The translations under genes were made by a program, and so were the position numbers. This document shows positions 1-9,288 of a DNA stretch of 64,000 nucleotides, piece after piece; position 1 is the first letter of the stretch; each line of letters starts with the position of its first letter. The notes beneath the pieces are model-generated. The model worked only from the letters and a program-made list of their open reading frames with translations, was not told the DNA's origin and did not search any database. The DNA lies in IMG/VR virus record IMGVR_UViG_3300035698_007246, positions 159,880-223,879 of that record, one strand, 5' to 3'.

Positions 1-35
1 AAGCCCCTGTCCCCATCATTATACTTATATTTATA
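1..35 (-). ncRNA. Partial (edge-truncated) copy of the endonuclease-associated structured RNA leader, with late promoter
   Basis: Minus strand reads TATAAATA (28-35), taagtata, ATGATGGG-GACA-GGGGCTT, then the window edge; same promoter-P1-GACA-P2 order as the four complete copies. Confidence 0.55.
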
Positions 36-40
36 TATTC

Positions 41-589
41 TTATTTAGATTTTACTATTAACTCAGGATGTTCAATATTTTCCAATAAAAATTTACAAAA
101 CTCACGAATAATATATAATTTATGATTACTTCGTTGTTTTATAATATTAAAAATATTTTTATAATTAAGTTTCCATATTCTGGTTTGAAGAAATCCTTCA
201 GGTAATTTTCTTTTCAATCTCTCAAATTCACCAGAATTAATAATCGAATTCAATTCTTTTAAATACCCGTCACTGATATCACCATATTCAAAATTATTTT
301 TTGTAAGTGGTCCTTTCATAATAGTATGATTTGTACTTTCGGATTGTTTTGATGTCAATCTATATGTATCAAAATCTTGCCACACATAACGTGGAACATT
401 AACTTCAACCCACACATCAACACTTTCTAAAAATTTATTATGCCCATAATCAAAGAAGGCTAATTTTTTAGCAACTTTTGGCATTTTCTCTTCTGGTTGA
501 TTTTTATTAAGAGATATACCTTTCAATGCTGGTTTGTATCCAGCCTCTTCCAAAATATCAAAATAGACACCATTTTCAAATTTTTTCAT
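41..589 (-). CDS. ThyX-like (flavin-dependent thymidylate synthase fold) phage protein
   Basis: GHNKFLE...PRYVWQDFDTYR...SKQSEST...LPEGF...NYKNIFNIIKQRSNHKL resembles phage ThyX-like proteins; canonical RHR motif replaced by TYR. Confidence 0.6.
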   Translation of the reverse strand: MKKFENGVYFDILEEAGYKPALKGISLNKNQPEEKMPKVAKKLAFFDYGHNKFLESVDVWVEVNVPRYVWQDFDTYRLTSKQSESTNHTIMKGPLTKNNFEYGDISDGYLKELNSIINSGEFERLKRKLPEGFLQTRIWKLNYKNIFNIIKQRSNHKLYIIREFCKFLLENIEHPELIVKSK

Positions 590-605
590 TATAAACTCCG
601 TTTAA

Positions 606-893
606 TTATTTTATTTTTGTTCTTTTATCACTTGCTTCATGTTTTATATACCCGTTTGGGAATTCCGGCTTCTCAAGAACTTCGGCATCAATTCCCAAAT
701 TTTTAGGATTATCTTTATCTGGAAATGGCTTACTCATTGCCACAAATACACCATTCCCATTCTTATCAACAACAGGAGTCATATCAGATGGCTCGAATAA
801 ACAAAACACATCCCCCACTACCAACTCACTAAAAGGAATAGTTCTCCATTGTTTACCCATCAATTTCACTTTAACAATTCTTTTATCATTCAT
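606..893 (-). CDS. Hypothetical protein
   Basis: Tightly packed ORF in the minus-strand operon. Confidence 0.6.
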   Translation of the reverse strand: MNDKRIVKVKLMGKQWRTIPFSELVVGDVFCLFEPSDMTPVVDKNGNGVFVAMSKPFPDKDNPKNLGIDAEVLEKPEFPNGYIKHEASDKRTKIK

Positions 894-895
894 AA

Positions 896-1369
896 TTATT
901 CCATTGGTAAAATGTCAATAGAAGTTAATTGATAATCTGTAATAATATTACCATCTGATATAGTACCAACACCACGACACCCAAATTTAATATCGACACC
1001 AGAATTTATTAATGTGTCAACTAATCTCCCTTTTGGTGTATCTATTAATCTCCCATCACAAACAATTTGTTTTCCATTATTCCTAATGGCAGTAATTTTA
1101 TGCGAAACATTTCCAAGATTAATATTTTGGTCTCTACCATCCAATTCACCAAGACATCCCCCACAACTAATTTTTTTTCGACACATATCAATAATAGTAT
1201 CAATGGCTGATTGTGAATATATCCTTCCATTGGCACTGGGTTTACCAATTTCAATGATAACTTCATTTTTAAAAACTTTAAGTTTGTATTCAGGAGAAAC
1301 CGTCTCAATCCTAAATTCAAACACAGATTTGATTTTATTCCAAATATTCTTCATAATCATAAACTTCAT
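896..1369 (-). CDS. Prohead protease (gp21/U9)-like paralogue, probably catalytically inactive; start may be 1354 or 1360
   Basis: NGRIYS...GELDG...NLGNVSHKIT...LIDTPKG...GCRGVG...DYQLTSID aligns with the gp21 at 47108 (NGRKY...GELDH...NLDRVSHIIT...ILDTPMG...STRGVG...DYSLITID). Confidence 0.75.
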   Translation of the reverse strand: MKFMIMKNIWNKIKSVFEFRIETVSPEYKLKVFKNEVIIEIGKPSANGRIYSQSAIDTIIDMCRKKISCGGCLGELDGRDQNINLGNVSHKITAIRNNGKQIVCDGRLIDTPKGRLVDTLINSGVDIKFGCRGVGTISDGNIITDYQLTSIDILPME

Positions 1370-2015
1370 CTTCCAATTTTTTATTTTTAAACTGTTCCAT
1401 TACATCTTCGGCTTTAACTGGCTTTACATTTGTTTTAGTTGGTTCACGGTCAGCTTTTTCTTTTTCAAGCAATAATTTATTCTCATCATATTCATCTGAA
1501 GTCATACCAAGTGCAAGAGCAAGCGATGAACCTTTATGGTCATCACTCAGTTTATCTAAAAATTCATCAATGACTTCATCCGCATTTTTATCAATAACAC
1601 CATCATCACCAGGAACACAAATTTCGGGTTTTACTTTGCCTTTGGTATCGGTTGATTGTAATTGTTGGAAGAATTTATCAAATATTTTGCCTTCTTTACA
1701 TTCTTGTAGTTTTTCTTTCAATGCTCTATTGACAAGTTCATTAAAAGTTATATCATGTTCATGTGCTATTGTAGCAAGATAACTGAATTCATGGTCACTT
1801 AATCCAAGTTCAATCTTTTCAGTACAATTTTCAGAATCATAATCATTTTCGATTCCAACATGGTCATCAAAATTTACAGGATATCCACATGCTTGAAGAA
1901 ATGATTTAAACATTTCACACAAGTCATCCATTGTTGCGTCATTATTTTCTGTTGATATCTGAACATCACTTTCAAATACAACACCATCATTTGCAGTCTT
2001 TACAAATTTAAACAT
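1335..2015 (-). CDS. Hypothetical acidic protein
   Basis: ORF; GGAGG Shine-Dalgarno precedes ATG at 2015. Confidence 0.65.
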   Translation of the reverse strand: MFKFVKTANDGVVFESDVQISTENNDATMDDLCEMFKSFLQACGYPVNFDDHVGIENDYDSENCTEKIELGLSDHEFSYLATIAHEHDITFNELVNRALKEKLQECKEGKIFDKFFQQLQSTDTKGKVKPEICVPGDDGVIDKNADEVIDEFLDKLSDDHKGSSLALALGMTSDEYDENKLLLEKEKADREPTKTNVKPVKAEDVMEQFKNKKLEDEVYDYEEYLE

Positions 2016-2283
2016 TTTCTTTCCTCCACGCGTCATTATTATAATCATTTATTTCACTCATGGTCTCTTCAACCATAAAAATTTCTATTTTATAAACATG
2101 TCCATCTGTTGCATATGATTTTTTGATTTCGGTCACTTTACATGTATCATATGGCAAAGAAGGATGAGAAATATTCTCACCTTCTTTTGGTATAACTGGA
2201 AATGAAAAATCAATCATCATATTATCTATTTTTGGTTCTGGTGATTCTTGGTTATATTCTTCAATCAGACATACACAATTCAT
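2008..2283 (-). CDS. Hypothetical protein
   Basis: ORF starting immediately after the RNR stop (ATG 2283). Confidence 0.55.
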   Translation of the reverse strand: MNCVCLIEEYNQESPEPKIDNMMIDFSFPVIPKEGENISHPSLPYDTCKVTEIKKSYATDGHVYKIEIFMVEETMSEINDYNNDAWRKENV

Positions 2284-2284
2284 A

Positions 2285-5200
2285 TTAAGCCCCACATCCA
2301 GAATATCCACAATCATTACAAACAAAACATCCACTTTGCATAGCAATACTATCACTTTTACATGTAGGACATATCATTCCGACTATTGTTGTACCATTAT
2401 CAATTGTTTCAGATACAAATTTTCTAATTGCAGTTAATAATGTTGATACATTGTCGCCTTCAATACCTTGTAATGAAACAAGAATATCTTGTCGTGCTAT
2501 GTTATGTCTCAAACAAAGACTAACCATTCTACCCAATCTATTTGCATTAGTATCACCAAGGCATTTGTCCCAGGTGTCTTCTACAATCTTAACACTAATT
2601 CCACAGTCAATAGCAAGCACACATAAACTTTTACAAGCCTTAGTACATGCTCTTGTATCATTTTTAGAATTTGTGTTAATCCACAGTGCCATTGGATACT
2701 TCATATCAACATCATCAGGGAAGTAACTGAAATTAATGTAGAATTTCATCCCTTCACGTTTAATCGTCCTTGTAGGGCCGTTAATGAAGGTCTCAGGGAG
2801 TTTTACGCCCTTCTTTATGATAGTTTTTTCCTCTTCAGCACTTTCAATCTTAGAAAGAACGGATTCCATAGAACCTGTACGGTATGTTGTTACACCAATG
2901 AGTCCTTTTTTCCATGCTTCAAAATATAATTCTTTAAATTTTTCAAATGAATATTTATTTGGTAAATTTATTGTTTTCGAAACAGACTGATTACAGTAAT
3001 ATTGAACTACTTCTTGAATGTTAAGATGGTCTTCAATTTCCAAATCATCTGTTGTGACCAAGAAATCAGCTTTCTTATGTTCTGGATAATTTTCAAGAAT
3101 CCAAGCATAACCATAATCACAAAGCGTATACATTTCACACAAACCTCTATTATGCGGTTCGTAGTAATATTTTGTTCCTTCATAGTATCCCTCCCAGTAA
3201 GTAAAATCCTTTTTCTTTTTTTCTTTAAGGATTGTTTTTACATTATCGGAATTCATGCCTTCAGGAAAAGCACATATCACTTTTCTCTCAGATTTCAAAT
3301 CAAACACAGGTTCAATTCCATTTGATACATTATCACACACCACAGATGAATTACCTAATGGTGGATTGGTTGTGGTTTTAGCATTTCTGAGACCATATTG
3401 TTTAATTAATTCTTTTGTTTCATCTGTTAATCTATCAGATTTGAAATAAGGTGTCTGACTAAATAAATCATAATTGTATAATGGGAATGACCCTTTTTCT
3501 TTAGCCAATAATGCACTTGATTGCATTGTAATGTTTTCCTTAAGTTGTTTAATTTTTTTAGTAAACGTAACAGCTTCTTGTGAGTTATATTTAATACCCA
3601 ACATAACCAATGTAGAACCTAATCCATTAATACCCATACCAAACTGTCTTAGATTTTCTACAGCCCATGCATATGATGGTAATGGCAATTCAGTCAAATC
3701 ACACACATTATCTAACATTCTTGAGTATGTAACGATGTCTTTTTTATACAATTCCAAATTAAAGTATGGAACATCATTACGGATTTCTACATACATTGTC
3801 AAATTAAGTGAACCTAATAGACACACAGTAGACATTATTGGATTACCTGGTATCTCACCACATCCTCGACTCACATACCCTTCGGTATTCCAATCATCAG
3901 CAGTTGGTTCATGCAAATCATAAACATCACCAAATCCAAGAAATTCAATTTCTTTTATTTTAGTTTTCCACTTATTTCCTGTTAATGATGTAGTTTTGAT
4001 AATTTGTTTTAATTTTTCATTTTTTTCATCATGACTAAGTTTATGTACAAATTTATAAAAATTTAAAATTGAATCATTATCAATAACACCTTCAAAGATA
4101 TCATGCCGCCTCACAACATCACGTCCATATATTTTTGCTGTCTCACCTTTTTTACCACACAAATATTTCTTATAATCACACCCTGCGGTAAGCATTATAT
4201 GTTTTACCAATAAATGTAATTTTTCTGATATATTTTTAAATCTAACTTGTGGATATCGAGAAGTTAAATTCACATTCCCATCAGATGAAATTAACCCATC
4301 TATCAATCCAGATAAAAAATCATCATTAAAGTTTAACAATTTCATAACATCAAAATTGGATTTATCATTAGCATCAATACCGAAAACATCAAATAATAGT
4401 TTAATCTTCCCTTCGGTATTTATAGCATAATATCTCTCACAATTTCCATCAGATTTATCGATTCTATAATCAAAACCAAACCTGTTATACAATTCAATTA
4501 TATAATCATTATTTTCATTTGAATCTGTTGATATATTAAAGTTTTTATAATTAGAAAAACATCCATCTCCAAAATATAATCCAAATAACATTCCAACATC
4601 TCTGATGTCGAATAGTTGCTCGCCATTTATAGCATCAACAGATATTACGCCATTATCCACACATGATGGATTATACTTAATCATATCATAAGGTTGTTTT
4701 CTTACGTTATCACCAACATTTAAATATTTTAAACGTGTGTTATTGTCCCACCGTTTTCTATTTTCTGATGTTCCATTTTGAGTATGAAAAATATGACCTT
4801 CAGTTACACCCTGATAAAACCCATCTGTGAAATGAACTCTATAAATTGGCTGATTTTCATGAACTTCTATATTATCAACACTACCATGCCCTAACGTTGT
4901 TTGAATTTCTTCACCGACTTTTACATCTTCAACTCGTTTTAGTCCGTGTTTAGTAGCTACTAATGTTCCTTTTACAACACAAGGATTTGTAGCATTACAT
5001 TCACCCAAATAGAGAATTGGGTTGTTTTTATTCATGTTATCAACGAATACTATACCCGGTTCAGAGCGATTGTATGTAGATTTCATAATAAGGTCGTAAA
5101 GTTTCTTAGCTTTCACACGTTTTACTACTTTACCATTCCATATTAAGTCCCACATAGCATTATCAGCAACAGCATTCATGAAATCATCACTCACTGCAAC

Positions 5201-5956
5201 ACTCATGTTGAATTTAGTTAGCTTACCAGACTCTTGTTTTGCTCTAATGAACTCTTCAATGTCAGGGTGCCATACAGAAAGACATCCCATCATAGCACCT
5301 TTACGTATATCTTTATCACATTCACCAAAATATTCTTTAAGCTCTTCAACAGAAGCATAGTTTTTTAATGAATCAAGGTATCCATCATTGTCACCTTTAA
5401 CAATACAGTCAGAAACCTTGTCCCAAATCTCCATATAAGAGATAACTCCGGGGTGTCTAACACCAGTTCCTTTGATTAAACTACCACGAGGTCGTATAAA
5501 GTCAAAGTTTATTCCATACCCACCCTCGGAAGCAAGAGTTTTTGCTTGTTCCATGATAGATAAGAAGATGTTTACGAGTTCATCTGGTGTATCAGGTGTA
5601 GTGATTATTATTTCATTCTTGAAATGTTCATTCTGTCTTATGTATTTTATAATGGCATTACTAACAGGACCATTAATAAAACAGTTCATTAGTGTAGCAT
5701 TGTAATAATCAGTTCCTATATTGGTTGTAATTCTACCACCCGGTGAACATTTAATACCTAATGGATTCCCCATACTATCAAAACGTATCATTGTTTCAAG
5801 AAAAATGGGATACCAATATTCAGAATCTACTTCATTATTAGCAAGTGCCCTTGCTATTCTTTCAAATGTCCCAAGGGGGGTCTCACCATCATACTGATAT
5901 TTTCCCTTCCAATTATTATATGCAATTTTCGTTTTGAAAAAGTTTTCATCACGCAT
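2285..5956 (-). CDS. nrdJ: Adenosylcobalamin-dependent (class II) ribonucleotide reductase with intein
   Basis: SPGGRI, TLMNCF, GGYGINF, RKGAMM, HPDIEEFI, EPGIVF, TNP[intein]CGE, CLLGSLNL, NGIEPVF, VSKTIN, GVTTYR and C-terminal CxxC..CxxC; no nrdB neighbour. Confidence 0.9.
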   Translation of the reverse strand: MRDENFFKTKIAYNNWKGKYQYDGETPLGTFERIARALANNEVDSEYWYPIFLETMIRFDSMGNPLGIKCSPGGRITTNIGTDYYNATLMNCFINGPVSNAIIKYIRQNEHFKNEIIITTPDTPDELVNIFLSIMEQAKTLASEGGYGINFDFIRPRGSLIKGTGVRHPGVISYMEIWDKVSDCIVKGDNDGYLDSLKNYASVEELKEYFGECDKDIRKGAMMGCLSVWHPDIEEFIRAKQESGKLTKFNMSVAVSDDFMNAVADNAMWDLIWNGKVVKRVKAKKLYDLIMKSTYNRSEPGIVFVDNMNKNNPILYLGECNATNPCVVKGTLVATKHGLKRVEDVKVGEEIQTTLGHGSVDNIEVHENQPIYRVHFTDGFYQGVTEGHIFHTQNGTSENRKRWDNNTRLKYLNVGDNVRKQPYDMIKYNPSCVDNGVISVDAINGEQLFDIRDVGMLFGLYFGDGCFSNYKNFNISTDSNENNDYIIELYNRFGFDYRIDKSDGNCERYYAINTEGKIKLLFDVFGIDANDKSNFDVMKLLNFNDDFLSGLIDGLISSDGNVNLTSRYPQVRFKNISEKLHLLVKHIMLTAGCDYKKYLCGKKGETAKIYGRDVVRRHDIFEGVIDNDSILNFYKFVHKLSHDEKNEKLKQIIKTTSLTGNKWKTKIKEIEFLGFGDVYDLHEPTADDWNTEGYVSRGCGEIPGNPIMSTVCLLGSLNLTMYVEIRNDVPYFNLELYKKDIVTYSRMLDNVCDLTELPLPSYAWAVENLRQFGMGINGLGSTLVMLGIKYNSQEAVTFTKKIKQLKENITMQSSALLAKEKGSFPLYNYDLFSQTPYFKSDRLTDETKELIKQYGLRNAKTTTNPPLGNSSVVCDNVSNGIEPVFDLKSERKVICAFPEGMNSDNVKTILKEKKKKDFTYWEGYYEGTKYYYEPHNRGLCEMYTLCDYGYAWILENYPEHKKADFLVTTDDLEIEDHLNIQEVVQYYCNQSVSKTINLPNKYSFEKFKELYFEAWKKGLIGVTTYRTGSMESVLSKIESAEEEKTIIKKGVKLPETFINGPTRTIKREGMKFYINFSYFPDDVDMKYPMALWINTNSKNDTRACTKACKSLCVLAIDCGISVKIVEDTWDKCLGDTNANRLGRMVSLCLRHNIARQDILVSLQGIEGDNVSTLLTAIRKFVSETIDNGTTIVGMICPTCKSDSIAMQSGCFVCNDCGYSGCGA
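3863..4981 (-). mobile_element. Intein (373 aa) with LAGLIDADG homing endonuclease in the RNR NP|CGE motif; atypical C-terminus ...SRG
   Basis: Starts CVVKGTLV; block B TEGH; LAGLIDADG motifs GLYFGDG and GLISSDG; block F VYDL; removing it restores TNP-CGEIP. Confidence 0.85.
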
Positions 5957-5974
5957 TCATCATTCTCCTTTAAC

Positions 5975-6460
5975 TTATTTAAAAATGTGTTTTTCTGTTA
6001 GAATTTTAAATTCATAACCATGTTTTTTACAATATCGCACGGTGGCAATCCACTTATTATTATTTTTAATCCACCTTACCATTTCATAAGTGTAACGTTC
6101 TTGCCGTTTCTTATTCTTATTCATTGGTTTTTGGGGTGGAAGAGTTTGTTTGTGTGGTTTTATTTCAATTATATATTTTGTCACCTTCCCGGTCTTGTCT
6201 CGTATATCAGCGATTACATCCGGGTAATATCTATGAAATTTATTATCAACTTCAAACAAATAAGGAATTGCTATTGATTCAGAACTCCACCGTAAAATAT
6301 TTTTATTGAAATCCGCCCAAACAAACACTCTTTTTTCATACGAACTTCTATAATATGGGTCACCTTTGCCCATATATTTTGATTTATTCACAGGGATATA
6401 AGTTCCCTGCAAATAATTTGTATTACTTTTCATCCTCATCCCCAATAGGAGACAAAGCAC
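5975..6460 (-). CDS. gp4: Head completion nuclease (T4 gp4-like, TnsA-type PD-(D/E)XK)
   Basis: KYMG..YRSSYE..WSSESIAIPY..HRYYPD..IEIKP..NNNKW..FKILTE. Confidence 0.85.
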   Translation of the reverse strand: MLCLLLGMRMKSNTNYLQGTYIPVNKSKYMGKGDPYYRSSYEKRVFVWADFNKNILRWSSESIAIPYLFEVDNKFHRYYPDVIADIRDKTGKVTKYIIEIKPHKQTLPPQKPMNKNKKRQERYTYEMVRWIKNNNKWIATVRYCKKHGYEFKILTEKHIFK

Positions 6461-6474
6461 TCATCACTTATAAA

Positions 6475-7554
6475 CTAAATCAATTCTTTAAAATACCTTG
6501 ACACCTGATTCCAGTTAGACATATGTTGTGTTAATTGATGTTTCATAAAAAATGACATAATTTCAGAACCATTAGTTGGTTTGAAATTTTCATCTTTATG
6601 TGTTGTATATATATTTATGATTTCATTTTTTATATCATTTGGAATCTTTTTCAAATCAATCAAGTTTATATTTCTTTTATAATTAATATGCACTTGAGCT
6701 TTATCTTTTTTGATAAAATATTCAATTTCATCCTTCGTCACCACAGGTCTATTATCTTCAGGTGGTAGACAATCTTCTCCAATAGGAAGAAGACAATACA
6801 ACAATGTGTCTTCATCAGACATCCATTCACGTCTTTTCATTTTACGTGTAATTTTGTATTTAAGATTATCAACAAAGTCATCAAGCCCAGTTTTTATTAT
6901 TTTTTCAGCAGTCATTTTACCAACACCATATCTAACACCAGTAATAAAATCAGAGTGATCTCCTGTTAAAATCTTCATCTCTAATTCAATTGCAGGATTC
7001 ATACATTCAACAATTTCTCTTGATTTTGGGTCATATTGATGAACATTAGGATTTACCAACAATTGACGCATATCACCATCATTAGAAACAATTGTAATAT
7101 CATCAGTTTTGAAAATTTCATTAGCACACACACCTATAATATCATCACCTTCTGTATGAGGTGCTTTGATAACATATATATTTGTAAATGTTTTTTTAAT
7201 ATCATTAATAAACTCATCAAATATTCTAAAAAAGAGTTCCCAATCTATCGGCAATTTACTTTTTGCCTTTGCAGACTTTCTGTGAGCTTTATAATTGGGA
7301 TATATGTTATATCTCCAACTACCCTTCTCATCAAAAGCGAGAACCACGGTATCAGGATTAAATTTTGCAATCACATTAAATATATCATTTAAAAATGCAT
7401 GTTTCCATAGTGCAAATGTTGTTATATCATCAGGGTTACGGTAGATGTCAGAATATAAACATCTATACGCTATGTTGTGACCATCCACGATTAAAACTTT
7501 TTTCAAACTATTTTCAGAAGTCTTATCACCAAAAAGTTCACTTAATTTACACAT
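6475..7554 (-). CDS. rnh: T4 RNase H / 5'-3' exonuclease
   Basis: VDGHN, SWRYNIYPNYKAHR, EGDDIIG, SNDGD, LTGDHSDFITGV (FEN-type). Confidence 0.88.
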   Translation of the reverse strand: MCKLSELFGDKTSENSLKKVLIVDGHNIAYRCLYSDIYRNPDDITTFALWKHAFLNDIFNVIAKFNPDTVVLAFDEKGSWRYNIYPNYKAHRKSAKAKSKLPIDWELFFRIFDEFINDIKKTFTNIYVIKAPHTEGDDIIGVCANEIFKTDDITIVSNDGDMRQLLVNPNVHQYDPKSREIVECMNPAIELEMKILTGDHSDFITGVRYGVGKMTAEKIIKTGLDDFVDNLKYKITRKMKRREWMSDEDTLLYCLLPIGEDCLPPEDNRPVVTKDEIEYFIKKDKAQVHINYKRNINLIDLKKIPNDIKNEIINIYTTHKDENFKPTNGSEIMSFFMKHQLTQHMSNWNQVSRYFKELI

Positions 7555-7555
7555 A

Positions 7556-8209
7556 CTATTCCTTTTCTAAAAATGGTCTAACTAAAATATTCTCTGGATA
7601 CGCTTTTGTTACACGATTGAAAATTTGAATCACTTCAGGACCTAAATCCCTAAGTATCAATATACCATTACGTAATTTCAACTCCATTTGTAACAATTTC
7701 ATTCCAAAATATGCGTCAACAATATCCTCGCTCGGTGTTTTGTATGGTGGTAAATGAGAGATGTCTGGTCGAAACTTTTCTTCAACATAAGCGTCACCCA
7801 TTTGAGTTTTATCGGCATTGCCTTTACCAGTAGCAAATAATTTAATAACAGTCGGCTCATAAATTCTAAGAGGAATACGTTTGTTATAGACACCTATTTT
7901 AGTACATCCAGTTGATTCAGCAATATCAAATACTTTACCTTTACCAGCCATCGCATATCCTTCAATAGCACAATAATCAACATCACCAATAAACTCAAGG
8001 ATATTATCTCTCATCCATTGAGCTTTGGCTAAATCATCAGCAAATGAATTCTTCTTATGGTACAGTAAAACATTTTCATCAGAATTATTAACTTTTTTCA
8101 CGCTTGTGAATCCACGATATTTTATTTCAATAGCATGAAAATCATTATCCAATGTAGCTTTTATAACACCGGGTGCATTTTTTGAGTAATCTATTGCAGC
8201 AATATTCAT
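7556..8209 (-). CDS. RuvC-like Holliday junction resolvase
   Basis: AIDYS, AIEGYA, IAESTG, KLFATGKGNADK, DIVDAY. Confidence 0.8.
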   Translation of the reverse strand: MNIAAIDYSKNAPGVIKATLDNDFHAIEIKYRGFTSVKKVNNSDENVLLYHKKNSFADDLAKAQWMRDNILEFIGDVDYCAIEGYAMAGKGKVFDIAESTGCTKIGVYNKRIPLRIYEPTVIKLFATGKGNADKTQMGDAYVEEKFRPDISHLPPYKTPSEDIVDAYFGMKLLQMELKLRNGILILRDLGPEVIQIFNRVTKAYPENILVRPFLEKE

Positions 8210-9240
8210 TTCTTTTTATTTCCAGTTACAAAAAATATTCTATGATGTATATTATTAGTAAAAAACGGTTCAATCAATTCCCATGTTAAAAATCTAATAC
8301 CAATTTGATTGAATTTTATAAAATCATTGACATCTTTAACATCTTTAACACATGGATATTTTGTTAAAAACATTTTCCAATTAAAAATATACTGTCCACC
8401 CAATAACAATTGTAGAGATTTCATCTTCCCTGATTTGTCATTATCAAACAAGTACCTTTTGTATTTAAATTTATTTAACAAGTCTGTTTTATCTTTGAGA
8501 CCCGTTATAGCAACACTGTTTTCTGTAAATATAGAATCAATCGGACCTTCAATAATAGGAACAGGTAAATCTATATCAACATTATAATAATTGTAGATAC
8601 AATTTAATTCTTTACCAACACGAGATAAATATTTACATTTGCTTTTAGGCTTAAGGTCACGACCTTGGTAGTAATATATCGAATTCATGTTATTGAAGAA
8701 CGGAATTATAATCCTGTTTCGATAAAATCCTTTTTCACAATAATACCATCTTGAATATTCTTCTTCAGGTATTAAACGACCTGCACAATATTGTAACAAT
8801 TTAGGATAATTTGTCAATGGTCTAAAATGACTAACTTCTTTTTTCTCATCAAAATCAATCTCATCAACAATTTTAAACTTAATTTTAGATGATTTAAATT
8901 TATAGTTGTCAATTATGACTTCTTTCTTTTTAGAATTTGTCATTTTCAATCTTGCATAATCCCTCAGAACATCTTCATATTCCAAAGGGAAGAAATCTTT
9001 TAACCAATATTCAGCAGGATAATTCCCATGACAATCACCATTAAAACAATAATAATGCCATGATTCACCGTTTGTGTATATATGTCCACGTTTGTTGAAT
9101 TTTTTTGAACCATCCCCACACACATTACATCGAAAATTATATTCAACGCCATTGTATGTCACATTTTCAAAATAAGCATTCAGAACGTTTTTGATGGCAA
9201 GCTCTAATAGGAGCTGTTTGTCTAAGTCAATTGACATCAT
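8206..9240 (-). CDS. gp61: DNA primase (T4 gp61-like)
   Basis: Zn finger FRCNVCGD...YYCFNGDC, RIIIPF..YQGR, TOPRIM EGPIDS and FDND, KDVND. Confidence 0.9.
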   Translation of the reverse strand: MMSIDLDKQLLLELAIKNVLNAYFENVTYNGVEYNFRCNVCGDGSKKFNKRGHIYTNGESWHYYCFNGDCHGNYPAEYWLKDFFPLEYEDVLRDYARLKMTNSKKKEVIIDNYKFKSSKIKFKIVDEIDFDEKKEVSHFRPLTNYPKLLQYCAGRLIPEEEYSRWYYCEKGFYRNRIIIPFFNNMNSIYYYQGRDLKPKSKCKYLSRVGKELNCIYNYYNVDIDLPVPIIEGPIDSIFTENSVAITGLKDKTDLLNKFKYKRYLFDNDKSGKMKSLQLLLGGQYIFNWKMFLTKYPCVKDVKDVNDFIKFNQIGIRFLTWELIEPFFTNNIHHRIFFVTGNKKK

Positions 9241-9252
9241 ATACCTACAAAC

Positions 9253-9278
9253 AAGGAAAAGGAGTGCTCCCCTTCCTT
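9253..9278 (-). terminator. Stem-loop between gp32 and primase (possible terminator or processing hairpin)
   Basis: Minus strand AAGGAAGGGGAG-CA-CTCCTTTTCCTT followed by GTTTGT. Confidence 0.5.
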
Positions 9279-9288
9279 TATTAAATAT

